This document shows positions 36,701 through 39,315 of a stretch of 39,315 bases of DNA, in pieces. Numbering within the stretch: position 1 is the first letter of the stretch; each line of letters starts with the position of its first letter. A model generated the notes under the pieces. That model did not search any database. It saw only the letters and a list, made by a program, of their open reading frames with translations, and was not told the origin of the DNA. Source of the stretch: Basidiobolus meristosporus CBS 931.73 (taxonomy: Eukaryota; Fungi; Basidiobolomycota); assembly GCA_002104905.1 (NCBI GenBank), contig MCFE01000750.1:1-39315 (forward strand), in the 5' to 3' direction. The translations under genes and the position numbers were made by a program.

Positions 36701-37928
36701 CATTCCTAATGAGGTGGATGAAGATATCAAGAAGATAATCCGGGATGAAGCCAGCAAATTTGTTGTACAGGATGAAACACTCTACCGAATTGTTGATGGA
36801 AGCCCTATTGCCTATTGTCCTTATGTTGCTCGCCTGGATTTAATACATAAGCTACACAATGGATATGGACATCTTGGGATTGAAGGAACCTATAGCCTTG
36901 TGAAAGCCAGAGCATGGTGGCCCAGAATGAAACAAGATATTGAGAAGCTAGTGAAAACATGCCCAAACTGCCAAATCAATCAGGGCCAGCCACAAAGAAT
37001 TGCCGAACTCTTCCCTTTGGAGCCTGTCAGACCATTTGAGAGATGGGGAATTGACTTTATTGGAAGACTGCCAACTACCAGGAAATGTAACCGTTGGATC
37101 CTAGTAGCAATTGACCATGCCACTAAATGGCCAGTTGCTAAAGCTGTACCAATAGCCAGTGAACAAGAAGTTGCAAGTTTCATTTACCATGAGATCCTGA
37201 TGAAGTTTGGATGCCCTGTGGAGATCTTATCCGATAGAGGTGCAAACATTATGGCAAAGACATTAGAGGCTTACCTGGAAATGCAGCAGATCAGACACTT
37301 GAAAACCTCGGCATATCACCCCAGAACTAATGGAGTCACTGAGCAGTTTAATGGATTATTTGGAAAAATGCTGACCAAGTATGCAAATGGAGTTGTCAGT
37401 AGATGGGATGAGTATATAGACCAAGCACTCTTTGCATGCAGAGTCAGAGTACACAACACCACCCAGCAATCACCATTTTACTTAGTTTATGGATGTGAAC
37501 CAAGGATTCCAGGAGATCTCACACAACCAAAGCTTACAGACACCTTAGAAGATGAACTCAGTCAGCCAAGTAGACACCAGCAACTGGAACAAAGACGTCA
37601 AGAGGCACAGACCAAAGTATCTCAAAGTGCAGAAAAGATGAAGCAGAGATTTGATAAGACTATAGCACCAGAAGCATTGACAGTTGGGAACTTTGTATTG
37701 CTAAGAAACAACACTCGGAAGAAGTTTGAGCCACAATGGACAGGACCATTCAAGATCATCAGAGAATGTCCATTTGCAACTTACCAACTGGTGGACAAGC
37801 AAGGTAATATCCGGGAAGACTTAGTGCATAGGGACAGACTCAAGCTTGCAAGACTTGCTGATAATACTGAACCATCAAGATATTGGTATCACAAGAAAAG
37901 AGATTCAGGAGAACCCTCTCAACTTTAG
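33795..37928 (+). CDS. gag-pol: Gypsy gag-pol polyprotein, 1377 aa, single frame
   Basis: Capsid, [14 protein letters not shown] knuckle, IDSGAS protease, YLDD RT, TDAS/ADALSR RNase H, HHCC, IDFIG/SDRG/TEQFN integrase, GPF motif; no chromodomain seen. Confidence 0.97.
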   Translation: MSDNQEWKNAMQQILAQQQQLLQILSQQQQGMTTMAQSQQSPIKSNFSVKVNRYHGRVNENLGTWLFQIEEAFKAKGIAPESKLHYAASYLADAALQWYHNKIRSATMMGCSTISTWDEFVSEIQDAFEPPHQQTLLRRKLKTLRQKGLVQEYIYEYRCLLGQIERMDPLDQVEYFIDGLKERTRKEVNYRRPQTIEEAIKIAIDYDSAMFGVGKPTVTSQKGYNHYERRQSEAVPMEIDAMQKNPSSEECKKRGLCFNCHQQGHIAKYCPQRRNGHQPTRTFNHIESHEHNNEEDELEEDSELTFHMTEEYLSQMTSNSGKLLYLNGAINGVPAKIMIDSGASHEYMSEQFALKAGINSEPTKSTSVSTADGNSHIINRITQPVRMKINDYEEDLQAYIFGNCKFDLVLGKTWLFCRNPSINWRTHATQIQKDNKTYELLPARLDFNLVNSSVCETSELSKTQFCRALRKGTQMFLMAVLQEDSSIPAPQQVQTLLKKYSDVFPDELVSLPPVRDVDHAIDTGDSPPVSKTPYRMSPLELEEMKKQIDQLLEQGYIRPSKSPWGAPVLFVKKKDGTLRMCIDYRALNSVTVKNKYPIPRIDELLDQLNGATIFSKIDLMSGYNQIRVKPEDIPKTAFRTRYGHYEYLVMSFGLTNAPATFMTLMQTVFQEYLDKFVIIYLDDILIYSKTEKDHMVHIEKVLKKLRENKLYGKLAKCEFFKEHVEYLGHIVTSTGVTLDPKKVEVIKNLKQPHSISELRSFLGMVSYYRRFVKSFASIAAPLTDILKKENTYKWDIACETAFQTLKNELAKLPSLRIPDFRKEFTLCTDASDYAIGGVLSQEHEGKDYPVAFESKKLNSAEQNYPVREKEMLAIIHCLKTWRCYIEGVKCTVKTDHASLKYIFTQKVLSRRMTRWSEYIQQFDLEIVYCPGKNNTVADALSRLDQVAQLNLVHESDWPSLLPKYLEDQAIPNEVDEDIKKIIRDEASKFVVQDETLYRIVDGSPIAYCPYVARLDLIHKLHNGYGHLGIEGTYSLVKARAWWPRMKQDIEKLVKTCPNCQINQGQPQRIAELFPLEPVRPFERWGIDFIGRLPTTRKCNRWILVAIDHATKWPVAKAVPIASEQEVASFIYHEILMKFGCPVEILSDRGANIMAKTLEAYLEMQQIRHLKTSAYHPRTNGVTEQFNGLFGKMLTKYANGVVSRWDEYIDQALFACRVRVHNTTQQSPFYLVYGCEPRIPGDLTQPKLTDTLEDELSQPSRHQQLEQRRQEAQTKVSQSAEKMKQRFDKTIAPEALTVGNFVLLRNNTRKKFEPQWTGPFKIIRECPFATYQLVDKQGNIREDLVHRDRLKLARLADNTEPSRYWYHKKRDSGEPSQL

Positions 37929-37929
37929 T

Positions 37930-37938
37930 AGGGGAGAA
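37930..37938 (+). promoter_or_regulatory. Gypsy polypurine tract AGGGGAGAA
   Basis: Purine run immediately before the 3' LTR. Confidence 0.9.
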
Positions 37939-38305
37939 TGTTATGATCTGCCGCTTGAATGTTTAAGTTAGATCAGTTTTTAGTCAAATCAATTAGTATA
38001 TGTTTAGGTTATCAGTATATCAGTATTATCTATGAAATCAGTAGCATTAGTCAGCAAATGAATCAGCAGATCCTTATCAGACAGAAAAAGATATATTAGA
38101 GTAGGATCTTATTGGGTGATGATGATGCAATCAAATGAGTCATCAGCCACAACCTACATTAGGAAATACAATTAGTCAGCAATTGATCTGGCAAAATGTA
38201 TATAAGGAGCTGCTGGAACCTCAATAAAAATCAGTTCAAGTTTAGTGAATACAATACTAGCTAAACTCCTATTCCTCTACAACTCTTATACCAAGACTTG
38301 TAACA
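37939..38305 (+). repeat. Gypsy 3' LTR (367 bp)
   Basis: Near-identical to the 5' LTR; followed by TSD CTAT. Confidence 0.96.
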
Positions 38306-39315
38306 CTATTATGGCAGGTAAAATCCGGTATTTGGATATGTTTCTTTAATGTAAAAGGAAATAAATGTGTATCACACTATAAACCACACTAATACTTACC
38401 ATTTTGGTTACCCTCACTCCAATTGGACGGTATCTCAGTGGTTAATTGGTCCAAAAATATCCTGAAGCTGGCAGCCCCCAATTGGCTCATTGACTACTGA
38501 AAAAGCTACCTGATTTGCCATCAAATATCCATTTTGCCCATTGAGCAAGTAAATCCCTGATCCTAGTGATTGGACAAGGTGTCATAGCTAGCACGCAAGC
38601 AATTGTGTAGGTGCAAAACAGATCCAATAGCTGCACTGGTATTACAGATGACGTATATATATGCAGGGTGTTTATTTATAGGGGTTCTGTCTCAAATGTG
38701 AGACAACCTTGATATTACTTATATCAAAAATTTGATGATCACTGATTTGCAATGGCTTGATTTGGATCGCAAAAAAAAAGGGTTGTTGGGATCATTACAA
38801 ATGTGAGCAATTCAAAGCAATTGCATCATCTTCTCCTGGGTTTTTTTCTCACAGGGATTACTACTGAAGCATTTGGTAGTGACTCACTTTGCACACCTAT
38901 ACTACTTCCTGGCTGACTATCATCTTGGCTACTTTTGTATTTGTAGTCAGTATTTTGCCTCCTAGTTGATGAGTGCAATGCTGCAGCTTGGCCGCGCTGA
39001 ATTGCTCCACCAAACCAACTGAACCGGCCTGTAGTGCCACATGCTGACGTGTTCTTTTACTTGCCAAGGGCTCTGGTGGTTGAAGCACTTCATGTTGGTC
39101 ATCGTCAGTCAGTTCACCAGAAGTAACTTGCTGATGGTGAGGCAAAATGGCACACGCAGGCGCACCTTGACGCGTTGAGATGGCCCTTGGCTGAGTTTGA
39201 TGTGATGATGCATGTTGACGCAACTTGGTCCGCTCCAATGGACTTGTGTCTAAATGAGCAGTTTAGCAAGTTCTTGTAGTTTTGCTCTGAAGCGTGCATG
39301 TTGACCCAACGCTCA

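Larger units (their letters stand above)
33369..38305 (+). mobile_element. Intact, very young Ty3/Gypsy retrotransposon
   Basis: LTRs 33369-33736 and 37939-38305 differ by three 1-bp indels and no substitution; TSD CTAT; PBS and PPT present; unbroken ORF. Confidence 0.97.

Noticed and set aside
33369-38305. Dating the Gypsy from LTR differences
   Set aside because: The only differences are 1-bp indels that may be sequencing errors, and no substitution rate is available.
38897-39238. 113-aa ORF as a host gene
   Set aside because: No domain or supporting signal is recognisable.
1-39315. CRISPR arrays, tRNA/rRNA genes, Fanzor/TnpB
   Set aside because: No repeat-spacer pattern, RNA gene structure or RuvC plus zinc-ribbon motifs were seen.

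Overview
This is eukaryotic (probably fungal) DNA made almost entirely of transposable elements; no host gene, RNA gene or prokaryotic feature is supported. About 25 kb is one Ty1/Copia family (LTR about 348 bp, TGTTG...CAACA; PBS GGTTATGAGCCC of the half-tRNAiMet type; PPT AGTGGGAG). It occurs as seven degenerate, nested or recombined copies (C1-C7) plus older LTR debris. Other elements: two 1070-bp solo LTRs with 4-bp TSDs; a 528-bp solo LTR; a left-truncated CMC/EnSpm DNA transposon with a divergent partner gene; two copies of a ~731-bp fold-back element with 3-bp TSDs plus a third related terminus; a PIF/Harbinger-ISL2EU-like transposase fossil; and one intact, very young Ty3/Gypsy element (33369-38305, single 1377-aa gag-pol). 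The most interesting signals are the fold-back family (arm-to-arm homogenisation, possible larger partner starting at 33143), a three-template mosaic ending in a fold-back junction at 24.4-25.1 kb, and the CMC partner gene. All alignments were done by eye and no searches were run.
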